A DNA stretch of 64,000 bases from contig SXTU01000291.1 of assembly GCA_005791875.1 (NCBI GenBank), positions 4,138 through 68,137 of the forward strand, given 5' to 3'. Source of the stretch: Verrucomicrobiales bacterium. Lineage in GTDB: Bacteria > Verrucomicrobiota > Verrucomicrobiia > Limisphaerales > SXTU01. The position numbers and the translations under genes are program-made. This document shows, in pieces, positions 8,331 to 16,463 of the stretch. The number at the start of each line of letters is the position of its first letter. Within the stretch, counting starts at the first letter, position 1. The notes under the pieces were generated by a model. That model had not been told where the DNA came from. It ran no database searches and saw only the letters and a list, made by a program, of their open reading frames with translations.

Positions 8331-11300
8331 TCACGGCTTCGCCTCCACGGCCTTGAAGAAGTTCTCCAGCGCCTCGCGGAACTCCGCCGGCACCTGCCGC
8401 GTCACGCCGCTGCCTTTGCCGGTGCGGCGCGCCGCCGCCTCGGCTCCACGCGCGTCGCCAACCGTGCCCGCGCTGGCCTTGTCGGTGTTGCCGCCGTTTT
8501 GATTCGGACCGCCGGGCTGCTGGCCGGGCTTCATGCCGATTTGCGCCTCCTGCTGCGCCATCTGCATCATCATCTCGGCCTCCGCCTGCGCCTGCTGCTG
8601 TTGCTGGCCGTCCTTGGGCTTCTGCCGCTTGGCCTGCTCGTTGATGAGATTGATGAGGTCGGTCAAGTTCAGCAGCGCGTCGTTCTCCGGCTTCTGCGCG
8701 GGATCACCGGTGAGCTTGTCGAAGAGAGCTGACTCCGCGTCGCGCATGCCGTCCTGCGTGTTGAGCAAGAACTCCTTCGCCTCCTCGATGTCGTTGCTCA
8801 TCTGCAATTTGGTCAGGTCGCCGCGCAGCGCACGCTGTTGCTCCCCGACCTTCAGCGCCCCTTCGGCGTAGCGGGGGTTCTGCGCCTTCTCCTCTTCGAG
8901 CAGCATCGTCTGCTGCAACACCCGCATCTCGCCCCCGCGCAGCCGGATCGCCGCCATCAACATCTTGAGCAACTTGTCCTCCTTCGGCTGGCCCTCGCCT
9001 TCGCCTCCGCCGCTTTCCTCCTCCGGCGGCTCCAGCTTCTTCGACCAGCCGGCAAAGCGCTTCGTCCAAGTCGCGAGGTTGCCCATTGCGTCCATCGAGA
9101 TGTTCGCGTCAATCAGCCCGCGCACGCGGTCGAGCTCGTTGGGCGTGTTGACCTCCTTCATCTCCTTGGCGACCTCGCCGTAGTTCGCGCGCTGTGTGCG
9201 GTCGAAGAACCGGCTCATCTCCGCCACGACCTTCTCCGCCTCCACCTTCACGCCGCCTTGGTCGCCGGCCAGCGACGTGTTGATTTTCTTGTAACGCTCC
9301 GGCAGCTCGCTCGGCAGCAGGCCGATGGTCTCGCCCACCACCTTGCCGAGCTGCTCGCCCAGGCCCTTCTCCGACTCCGAAAGTTTCTTCAGCCGCTGTG
9401 ACAGCGTGAGCGCCTGCAAGTTGTCGAGGCCGTCGTTCATCTTCTTCTGGAGCGCCTGCAATTTCTCCAGCGCCTTCTCCTCCGCCTCAAGCGCCTTGGT
9501 CGCCTCGTCCGCGCGGTCCTTTGCCTCGCTGCTCTCCTGCGCTTTTTGGAGCGCTTGCTGCGCGTCCTTCATGTCCCCCTTCGCAAGCGACTTCATCTGC
9601 GCAAGGTTCTGCGTCCACTCGCGGAGCGTCTGCTGCGTGAGCGTCGGGTTGCGCATCGCCTCGCGCACGATGTCCTGACCCTGCTCCGCGATGCGGTCGA
9701 GTTGCGCGGCGTTGCGCGCCTGCTCGTCGGCCTGCTCGCCGGCCTTCTTCGCAGCCTCGTCGGACTTGAGCTTGTCCTCTGGCAATCCCATCAACTCGCG
9801 TGTCGCGGCGGTGATGGCTTCCTCCTTGCGCGTGACTTCCTCGACCTGTGCGAAGAGCGCGTCCAGCTGCTGCCGCACCAACTCTGCATGCTTGGAGAGG
9901 CTGACGATGTTGATGCGATGCGTGACTGACTCCGCCGGCTCGCGGCCCGGGAGGAAGTCCGTGGCCAGACCCTTCACCTCGACGACCGAGTCCGCCGGGA
10001 TGCGCATGACCGTGGGGCTGAACATGAACGTGTTCGTGAAGCGGCGCTCCTGCGCGCCCGTCGCCGACTTCCTGAACTGCGCAATCGCCGGCGTGTTCGT
10101 CGGGTCGAGCGACGCGACAATCTCGGAGGTGACTGCGCCTTCGCGCACGCCGAAGTCATCCGATGCGGAGAACCTCAGCGGCAGCACATCGGTCTCGAGA
10201 ATCGAAACCTCCATGCCGAGGTCGCCGAGGTCCACGCGTGGCGCGCCGTCCTTCATCGGGCGCAAGGCCAGCAGCCAAGGCGCGATGGGCTTCAGTCCGA
10301 ACTCATCCCGCCAATCGAACGTGGCCTGCGACGACGCGTCGAGCTTGAGCGAGCCACTATTGAACTTCTCGCCCGAGAGCAGCAGCGACACCGGCTCGGT
10401 CTTGTCCACCGTCACCTCCGCCGACGCAAGCGGGCGCGTGGCGGTGCCGGCCAGCGTGACGCGGCTGCCTTCGAGCACGGGCAACGTGGCGTTCTGCACG
10501 ACTTGGTTCGTCGCCGGGTATTGCAAGTAAGCCGGGAGTGCGACATTCGCCGCGAGCTGCTTGAGTGCGGGGCGGTGCAACGGCTTCACCGCGATGGTGT
10601 GCGTGGCGTCGCCGAGGCGGACGCGGAGCGAACCGTTCTGCGTCTGGCCGGGGATGGTGAGCTTGGCCGAGCCGTTCTTCACCGGCGCGGAAAGTTTGGA
10701 CTGCAACTCAAAGCGCCCGCTCGCGCTCGCGGGCTTCCAGAACGAGCGGTAAGTCACCTTGGCCACCAGCTCGAACGGCTCACCATGCGGCACGACGAGC
10801 TGCGCCGGCACGTTCTCGAGCGTGATGAACGTGTAGCGCGGAATGCCGGCGACCGGCACCGCCCAACGCTGAAGCGCGTTCCAACCCGCAGCTGGCGCGA
10901 CGGCGAACGCAAGCACCACCGGCACCAGCCCCGCCGCGAGCGCGATGCTCGCGAGCCGCGCGGGCCGGGAGTTCACCACCTCGAGGAAATCAAACTTCGC
11001 CGCGTCCGCCGAGACTTGCCGGATGGCCGCGCGGCAGAGCGCGAGCGACATGTTCTGCGGTCGCTGTTTCTCCTCCGCGAGTTCCACGATGCCCAGCAAC
11101 CGGTCGCCGAGCCGGCGATGCCCGTGCTGCACGACGTTCGACAACGCCCGCAAGTCGCGCCGCTGCCAAATCCAGCTCCGACACCACCGCACCGCAAACC
11201 ACGCCGCACCCGCGAGCCCCGCAAGCAACAGCGCCGTGCGCAGCGCCTTCGGCGTGTCCCCGACACGGTCGCACAGGAAGAGCAGCGCGAACGAAGCTGC

Positions 11301-11420
11301 CAGCGCCGCGACCCCGCCGGCCACCGCGTGCGTCGTCTCCGTCCGCCACAGCGCGCGCTCCAGCGCCGCGAACTGAGCGCGCAACGAGTCAGGCAGGGAG
11401 ATGCGGTTATCGGAGGCCAT
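8331..11420 (-). CDS. Large membrane protein with coiled-coil C-terminal half (DUF4175-like, unverified)
   Basis: 1029 aa from ATG 11420 (MASDNRISLPDS). It has three hydrophobic spans near the N-terminus, a beta-rich middle, and a ~450-aa Glu/Lys/Gln/Ala-rich region ending VPAEFREALENFFKAV. The track fuses it to the upstream gene as one 1285-aa ORF. Confidence 0.65.
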   Translation of the reverse strand: MASDNRISLPDSLRAQFAALERALWRTETTHAVAGGVAALAASFALLFLCDRVGDTPKALRTALLLAGLAGAAWFAVRWCRSWIWQRRDLRALSNVVQHGHRRLGDRLLGIVELAEEKQRPQNMSLALCRAAIRQVSADAAKFDFLEVVNSRPARLASIALAAGLVPVVLAFAVAPAAGWNALQRWAVPVAGIPRYTFITLENVPAQLVVPHGEPFELVAKVTYRSFWKPASASGRFELQSKLSAPVKNGSAKLTIPGQTQNGSLRVRLGDATHTIAVKPLHRPALKQLAANVALPAYLQYPATNQVVQNATLPVLEGSRVTLAGTATRPLASAEVTVDKTEPVSLLLSGEKFNSGSLKLDASSQATFDWRDEFGLKPIAPWLLALRPMKDGAPRVDLGDLGMEVSILETDVLPLRFSASDDFGVREGAVTSEIVASLDPTNTPAIAQFRKSATGAQERRFTNTFMFSPTVMRIPADSVVEVKGLATDFLPGREPAESVTHRINIVSLSKHAELVRQQLDALFAQVEEVTRKEEAITAATRELMGLPEDKLKSDEAAKKAGEQADEQARNAAQLDRIAEQGQDIVREAMRNPTLTQQTLREWTQNLAQMKSLAKGDMKDAQQALQKAQESSEAKDRADEATKALEAEEKALEKLQALQKKMNDGLDNLQALTLSQRLKKLSESEKGLGEQLGKVVGETIGLLPSELPERYKKINTSLAGDQGGVKVEAEKVVAEMSRFFDRTQRANYGEVAKEMKEVNTPNELDRVRGLIDANISMDAMGNLATWTKRFAGWSKKLEPPEEESGGGEGEGQPKEDKLLKMLMAAIRLRGGEMRVLQQTMLLEEEKAQNPRYAEGALKVGEQQRALRGDLTKLQMSNDIEEAKEFLLNTQDGMRDAESALFDKLTGDPAQKPENDALLNLTDLINLINEQAKRQKPKDGQQQQQAQAEAEMMMQMAQQEAQIGMKPGQQPGGPNQNGGNTDKASAGTVGDARGAEAAARRTGKGSGVTRQVPAEFREALENFFKAVEAKP

Positions 11421-11486
11421 TGGAATGTCTGACGGACTGTAACACCCGGTTGCTCCGTCACAATCCCCAAGTTCCCTGAGCCAGCG

Positions 11487-11590
11487 CCCGTGCCGGCGTG
11501 CTTCCAGCCGCCGTCTGCGGGCCACAGCAATTCGAGCGACGCTCAAGCACTCAACCCCCAACACGGCGGCTGGAAGCCGCCGGCACGGGC
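11487..11590. repeat. MITE-like unit with ~28-bp terminal inverted repeats carrying a mini-hairpin
   Basis: gcccgtgccggcgtgcttccagccgccgt ... acggcggctggaagccgccggcacgggc. It sits exactly between the DUF1501-like C-terminus and the next gene start. Confidence 0.85.
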
Positions 11591-12846
11591 CGCATCCCCA
11601 CAGCCCGCGCAGCTTCTCCTTCTCCGTCAGCCCCAGCGGGAATTTCTTCGCATGCGCGTGCGTGGCGATACCAGCGAACTCCCGCAATGCCTCGTGGATG
11701 TGCTCGGGGCGAATCTTCAGGCCCTTCTTCTTGTCCAGCGCAAGCGTCGCCGGGTTCAGGTTCACGCCGAACTGCTTCTCGTCCGTTGCGCCGATGACGC
11801 GGTTGCCCTTGATGCCGGGGGCGAGGAACATCACCGAGCCGATGGACCAGTAGTCTTTGCCGTTGCCCTTGTTGTAAGTCGGCGTGCGGCCCATCTCGCT
11901 CTGGATGACGATGACGAGCTTGTCCCGAATCTTCAGCGCCTCGGCCCGGCGGATGACGTAGGCGATGCCGGCGAGGAACTCGGGGATGAGCTTCATCTGG
12001 TCCACGTCGTTGTTCTGATGGCTGTCGAACTGGCCGATGCTCAGGTTCGCCGAGACGCAGACGCCGGCCTTGAACGACGCCAGCGCAATCTCCGCCTGCT
12101 GCGCGAGCCGCTCCTTGGGCACGTCCTTGGGAATGTGTGGCGTGACGCGCGCCATCGTCTTCGAGTTCACCTGCGCCGCGTAGAGCATGGACTCGGCGGC
12201 TCCGCAGCTCGCGCTGTTCCGCCAGCGCCTGCTCGATGCGCGTGAGCGCGAAGTCCTCGTGGTAGGGCGAGCGCAGGTTGCCCTCGATGTGGTCGGCGTT
12301 CGCGATTTTCTGGAGCGACGGCAGATACGGCACGCGCGACATCGCGACGACGTTGCCCGTGGCCGAGTAGTTGCCGAAGGTGAGGAACGAGAGCGGGCAG
12401 GTCGGCCCCTTCGCGGCGGCCACGAGCGCGGCGAAGGTCGGGTAGGCGAGGCTGTCGAGCTTGCCGGTGGCCATGTAGCGCGCGCCGGGCGCGTGGTTGT
12501 TCACCGAGTAGTCGAGGCCGTTGAACGTGAGCAGCTCGGAGCCGAACTCGGCGTAGAACTCCTCGTTGCTCATGCCGCCAGTCTTGTGCTTGTCCGTCGG
12601 CGCGAATTTGTCCGCGCCTTTCGTGAGGATGTCGCCCTCCTTGTAGAGGTGGTTCATCTCGTTGACGCCCTTGGGGTCAATCAAGTAGGTCGTGTCCCAG
12701 CCGCCCGAGGCGTTGAAGACGATGTAGAACAGCCCCTCGTAAGGAGGCTCCTCCTTCACCGCCGCGCGCAGCAGCGAGGTCATGCCACCGGGGCAGGCGA
12801 AGTCAAGGCCGGTGAGGGCGCAGAGTTTTAGGAAATCACGTCGCAT
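11591..12846 (-). pseudogene. DUF1501-like protein, disrupted by a +1 frame change and lacking its own stop
   Basis: It has a Tat-like start MRRDFLKLCALTG (ATG 12846). About 215 aa sit in one frame (FNASGGWDTTY ... SPYHEDFALTRIEQALAEQRELRS). The protein-like signal then moves to the frame of ORF 8331..12188 (YAAQVNSKTMARV ... QFDSHQNN ... SEMGRTPTYN), with the switch between about 12189 and 12215. Confidence 0.55.
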
Positions 12847-12979
12847 AAAAATCTGGCGTGATCGGCGTTGTTCCAAACGCTGGCCGTCAAGAAATACGCC
12901 GCCCGTTTCGGAGAATCAGAGGCTGGTCTGAGCAGGCACGCGGCTTGCCCGCAAGTGGCGGCGGGTGTAAAGAAGGTCC

Positions 12980-13120
12980 ATGCAAACAAGCATTGACCTC
13001 GACGAAGAGCTGCTTGACGAGGTGGCGAAGGCGGAAGGCCTGAACCTCAGGCCCACCCCGTCACGCTGCTGGCGGAGGCGAATCGGAAGCATGACCAATT
13101 ACCCAATGACCAATGAATGA
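12980..13120 (+). pseudogene. VapB-like (DUF2191-type) antitoxin fragment
   Basis: The 46-codon ORF MQTSIDLDEELLDEVAKAEGLN... matches the MxTxIDIDDELLxEA opening of VapB antitoxins. After about 22 aa it degenerates and runs into repeat A2. No toxin gene follows. Confidence 0.3.
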
Positions 13121-13247
13121 CCAATTGCCCAAGCCCAACCGGAGGGCGTCGTTGGGCGTTGACCTTGTGAAAACTCGTGGTTTTCGCATGGCCAGGGAGC
13201 ATTGGGCATTCTTTGGTCATTGAACATTGGGGACTGGTCATTCTCCC
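13091..13247. repeat. Heptad-word palindrome, CAATGAC-type words (copy A2)
   Basis: atgaccaattacccaatgaccaatgaatgaccaattgccc ... attgggcattctttggtcattgaacattggggactggtcattctccc. It ends 1 nt before the eda ATG. Confidence 0.85.
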
Positions 13248-13901
13248 ATGCGCAACCAATCTGAAATCTCCGCCCTCCTCACCCACCCCGGCGTCATCGC
13301 GGTGGTTCGCACGCAGCGGCCGGAGCAGGTGCTGCCGCTCTGCGCCGCGCTCGTGGACGGCGGCCTCACCGCGCTGGAAATCACCTTCACCGTGCCCAAC
13401 GCCTGCGAGGTTGTCGCGGCGGTGGTGAAGGAGTTCGGCGACCGCGCCACCGTCGGCGTCGGCACCGTGCTGACGGCGCTCCAGCTCCAGTCCGCGCTCG
13501 CCGCGGGCGCGGAGTTCTTCGTCACGCCCATCTGCCGGCCGGAGCTGGTGCCGCTGGCGCACGCGGCGGGCCGGCCCATCATGCTCGGCGCCTACACGCC
13601 CACTGAGGCGCAGCTCGCGCACGAGGCCGGCGCGGACTTCGTAAAACTCTTCCCCGCCGACAACCACGGCCCGAAAGGCGTCCGCGCCTTCCGCGCGCCG
13701 CTGCCGCACCTGCGCATCGTCCCCACCGGCGGCGCCACGCTGGCGAATGCGGGTGAGTTCATCAAAGCCGGCTGCGCCGCCGTGGGCGTCGGCAGCACCT
13801 TGCTCACGGCGGAAATCCTGGCGAAGAACGACTGGCCTGCGCTGCGAAAGCTCGCGGCGGATTACGTCGCGGCGGTGAAGGCGGCGCGTCAGCCCGCGTA
13901 G
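13248..13901 (+). CDS. eda: KHG/KDPG aldolase (4-hydroxy-2-oxoglutarate / 2-dehydro-3-deoxyphosphogluconate aldolase)
   Basis: ATG 13248; the track start, TTG 13227, lies in the repeat. The sequence IAVVRT...GGLTALEITFTVPNA...GVGTVL...FFVTP...GAYTPTEA...GADFVKLFPA is characteristic of Eda. Confidence 0.85.
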   Translation: MRNQSEISALLTHPGVIAVVRTQRPEQVLPLCAALVDGGLTALEITFTVPNACEVVAAVVKEFGDRATVGVGTVLTALQLQSALAAGAEFFVTPICRPELVPLAHAAGRPIMLGAYTPTEAQLAHEAGADFVKLFPADNHGPKGVRAFRAPLPHLRIVPTGGATLANAGEFIKAGCAAVGVGSTLLTAEILAKNDWPALRKLAADYVAAVKAARQPA

Positions 13902-13983
13902 GTGACGACGTGAGGAGTCTCTAACTTCTCCTCCGTGCGGGATTGGTCTCGGGCGTGGGAAAAAGGCAGAGACTCGTCACCTA
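13899..13983. terminator. Long inverted repeat embracing two convergent stop codons (possible bidirectional terminator)
   Basis: taggtgacga(cgtgag)gagtctct ... agagactcgtcaccta, with an inner gaggag/ctcctc stem at about 13912-13933. Both TAG stops (eda and the 13981..14640 gene) lie in the outer arms. There is no U-tract. Confidence 0.3.
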
Positions 13984-14640
13984 CTTCGCGACGGTCATCT
14001 CCGGGACTTGGCTTGCGAGCAGGCCGTTCACCGCGCCGGTCATGGGTGCGGCGGCTTCGGTGAAAACTTCATCGCACACGGCCACCGGCAGCCGCAACGT
14101 CGCTCCCGCCGAATCCAGAAATCCACGCACCGTCCGCTGTCCGTAAAGGATCAACCCTTGCCGCAGCGGCAGCGAATACTGCGCAAGGAACACTCCGAAG
14201 ACCAACGTGTGCCAGCCGTGCGCCTCGCCGTTCTCCACCGCTCGCAGGTAGCGCTGCACGAGCCGTTGGTCGCGGAGCGGGCGGAGCTTGCTGAGTTGGC
14301 GACGGCCCACGGCGGCACTGGCGGCGCGGAACTCGCGGAGCCGCGCGTCCGCCCCGAGCGCGCGGTCGAGGGCGACAAGTTCGCGGAGTTCACCCCGGCA
14401 CGCGTGGCCGTGCGCGGCGAGGATGGCGGGGAGTTCCACGGGCAGCAGGACTTGCTCACGATAGCCAGCGAGGAAGCGCCGGAGCGTCGCCTCGTCACGA
14501 ACGGCTTCCAGCGTCAGCGCGGAAGCGGCGAGGGAGAGTGAGGGCAGCGCCTCCGGTGCGCCGAGCTGTTCCAGCAGTTCGCGCGCGTCGCCGGTGAGTT
14601 CCGGGGCGAGCAGTTCGTTGGAGAGGGCGCTTTGGGTCAT
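13981..14640 (-). CDS. Hypothetical protein (faint UreF-like pattern only)
   Basis: 219 aa with protein-like composition. GWHTLVFGVFLAQYSLPLRQGLILYGQRTVRGFL vaguely recalls UreF, but no urease genes are present. Confidence 0.55.
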   Translation of the reverse strand: MTQSALSNELLAPELTGDARELLEQLGAPEALPSLSLAASALTLEAVRDEATLRRFLAGYREQVLLPVELPAILAAHGHACRGELRELVALDRALGADARLREFRAASAAVGRRQLSKLRPLRDQRLVQRYLRAVENGEAHGWHTLVFGVFLAQYSLPLRQGLILYGQRTVRGFLDSAGATLRLPVAVCDEVFTEAAAPMTGAVNGLLASQVPEMTVAK

Positions 14641-14685
14641 GCGACGGGCGGAAGATTCCTGAACGCGCGGGCAGGGCTGCCCGCG

Positions 14686-15573
14686 CTACGCGAGGTGGAG
14701 ATTCTGGAGGATACGCCTGGTGGCGAGGGCCTTGTTCAGCGTGTAGAAGTGGATGCCTTCGGCCCCGTTCTTGAGCAGGTCGGCGCATTGCGCGGTCGCG
14801 TATTCAATGCCGAACTCGGTTGCGGCCGCGTCGTCCGCGCCGCACTTGTCGAGGCCGGCGAGGAAAAGCGCGGGCAGTTGCGCGCCGCAGAGGGCGGTGA
14901 AGCGCTTCACCTGCGAGCCGCTCGACGCGGGCAGGATGCCGGGCACGAGCGGCACGGTGACGCCTTTCTTCGAGAGGTAATCGCGAAAGGCGTAGAAGTC
15001 GGCGTTGTCGAAGAAAAGCTGCGTCACGACGAAGTCCGCGCCGCAATCAATCTTGGCTTTGAGCCGGTCCCAGTCCACGAGCTTGCCTTCCTCGCACGCG
15101 ATGTGGCCTTCGGGGAAACCGGCGGTGCCGATGCCGAAACCGCGGAGTTCGCGCAGGTAGCTGACGAGCTGGTGGGAATACTCAAAGCCGCCGGGAGTCG
15201 CCTTGAACTCGCCACCGGCGGGCGGGTCGCCGCGCAGCGCGAGGATGTTTTTGATGCCGCGCTGCCGGGCCTCGGCGAGGACGGCAGTGAGTTCGTCCTT
15301 CGTCGCGTTGACGCAGGTGAGGTGCATCATCGTGGTGAGGCCGTGCTCGCGCTGGATGCGGTCCACGATGCCGATGGTCTTCTCCCGCGTGCTGCCGCCC
15401 GCGCCGTAGGTCACGGAGCAGAAGTCAGGGCGGAGCTTCATCAGCTCCGGGATGTGTTTCTCGAAGAGGTTCTTCTCGCCCTCGTTGGTCTTCGGCGGGA
15501 AGAACTCGAACGAGATGACGGGCTGGCCTAGAGCTTTTTTGGCCGCGTGGATGTCGCGGATGAACTGAATCAT
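14686..15573 (-). CDS. metF: Methylenetetrahydrofolate reductase
   Basis: ATG 15573 (MIQFIRDIHAAKKALGQPVISFEFFPPKT...SVTYGAGGSTR...). The 35 upstream track codons are a translated repeat. Confidence 0.9.
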   Translation of the reverse strand: MIQFIRDIHAAKKALGQPVISFEFFPPKTNEGEKNLFEKHIPELMKLRPDFCSVTYGAGGSTREKTIGIVDRIQREHGLTTMMHLTCVNATKDELTAVLAEARQRGIKNILALRGDPPAGGEFKATPGGFEYSHQLVSYLRELRGFGIGTAGFPEGHIACEEGKLVDWDRLKAKIDCGADFVVTQLFFDNADFYAFRDYLSKKGVTVPLVPGILPASSGSQVKRFTALCGAQLPALFLAGLDKCGADDAAATEFGIEYATAQCADLLKNGAEGIHFYTLNKALATRRILQNLHLA

Positions 15574-15625
15574 GGGCGGGAGAGTGCGGGGGGACGGCGC
15601 AGGCGGCAAGATTGCAGTGGGCCGT

Positions 15626-15695
15626 TCTGCGTGCTGCGTGTTCCGTGCTCGCGTTCGTGGCGTCCGGCGATGAAACACGCAACACGCAACACGCG
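15626..15695. repeat. Heptad-word palindrome, GCGTGNT / ACACGCA words (copy E2)
   Basis: ctgcgtgctgcgtgttccgtgctcgcg ... gaaacacgcaacacgcaacacgcg. The spacer contains gtccggcg, the reverse complement of cgccggac in E1. It lies between the lemA stop and the metF start. Confidence 0.85.
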
Positions 15696-15704
15696 TTCGC
15701 CGCC

Positions 15705-16268
15705 TCAGAACTTCACCTTCGGCGCATCCTTCTCGGTCGCTGGCGTCTCGAAGAACGGCTCTTCCTTGAAGCCGAGCATCCCGGCGATCAGCACGGCGGG
15801 GAAGGTCTGGATGCCGGTGTTTAGCTTGGTCACCGTGTCGTTGTAGGTCTGGCGTGAGAACGCGATGCGGTCTTCCGTGCCGGTCAGCTCCCCTTGGAGC
15901 GACGTGAAGTTCGTGTTCGCCTTCAGGTCGGGATACGCCTCGGAGACGACGAGCAGGCGCGCGAGCGCAGAGCTGACTTCGCCCTCGGCCTTGATCTTGT
16001 CGGCGGGCGTCGTGGCGCTGGTGGCGCGGGCGCGGGCGGCGATGACGCGCTCCAGGGTCTCCTTCTCGTGAGTGGCGTAGCCCTTGACGGTCTCGACGAG
16101 GTTCGGGATGAGGTCGTGGCGGCGCTTGAGCTGCACGTCAATCTGCGCCCAGGCGTTCTTCACGGCCTGGCGCAGCGCGACGAGGCCGTTGTAAATGCCC
16201 ACGCCCCACAGGCCGACCATGATGACGATGGCAACCACCACTGCGAGGAGGATCAGGAACGGAATCAT
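15705..16268 (-). CDS. lemA: LemA family protein
   Basis: 187 aa with an N-terminal TM span, then YNGLVALRQAVKNAWAQIDVQLKRRHDLIPNLVETVKGYATHE, the canonical LemA core. Confidence 0.9.
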   Translation of the reverse strand: MIPFLILLAVVVAIVIMVGLWGVGIYNGLVALRQAVKNAWAQIDVQLKRRHDLIPNLVETVKGYATHEKETLERVIAARARATSATTPADKIKAEGEVSSALARLLVVSEAYPDLKANTNFTSLQGELTGTEDRIAFSRQTYNDTVTKLNTGIQTFPAVLIAGMLGFKEEPFFETPATEKDAPKVKF

Positions 16269-16463
16269 GGCGCGAGCGTAACAGCGGCAGGCGGCTTGGC
16301 AATGGCGGGGAGGCTACAGGCCCGAGCGGGGTTTGTAGGTTGGGCCAGGGGTCTCGCCGCCGCTGTGGTGGCCATTCGATTCTTAAGCTCAGTGCCAACG
16401 CGGGGCTCCCATGGCCCGACTTTTTTCGTGCCTTTTCATCTGGGCAGCCAATAATCCCCTGCC

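Noticed and set aside
8331-12188. Single 1285-aa protein as given by the ORF track
   Set aside because: It is a composite: the C-terminal half of a frameshifted DUF1501-like gene, a translated 104-bp hairpin repeat, and a separate membrane protein starting at ATG 11420.
13981-14640. UreF (urease accessory) assignment
   Set aside because: Only a short, weak pattern similarity exists and no urease genes are nearby. I left it as hypothetical.
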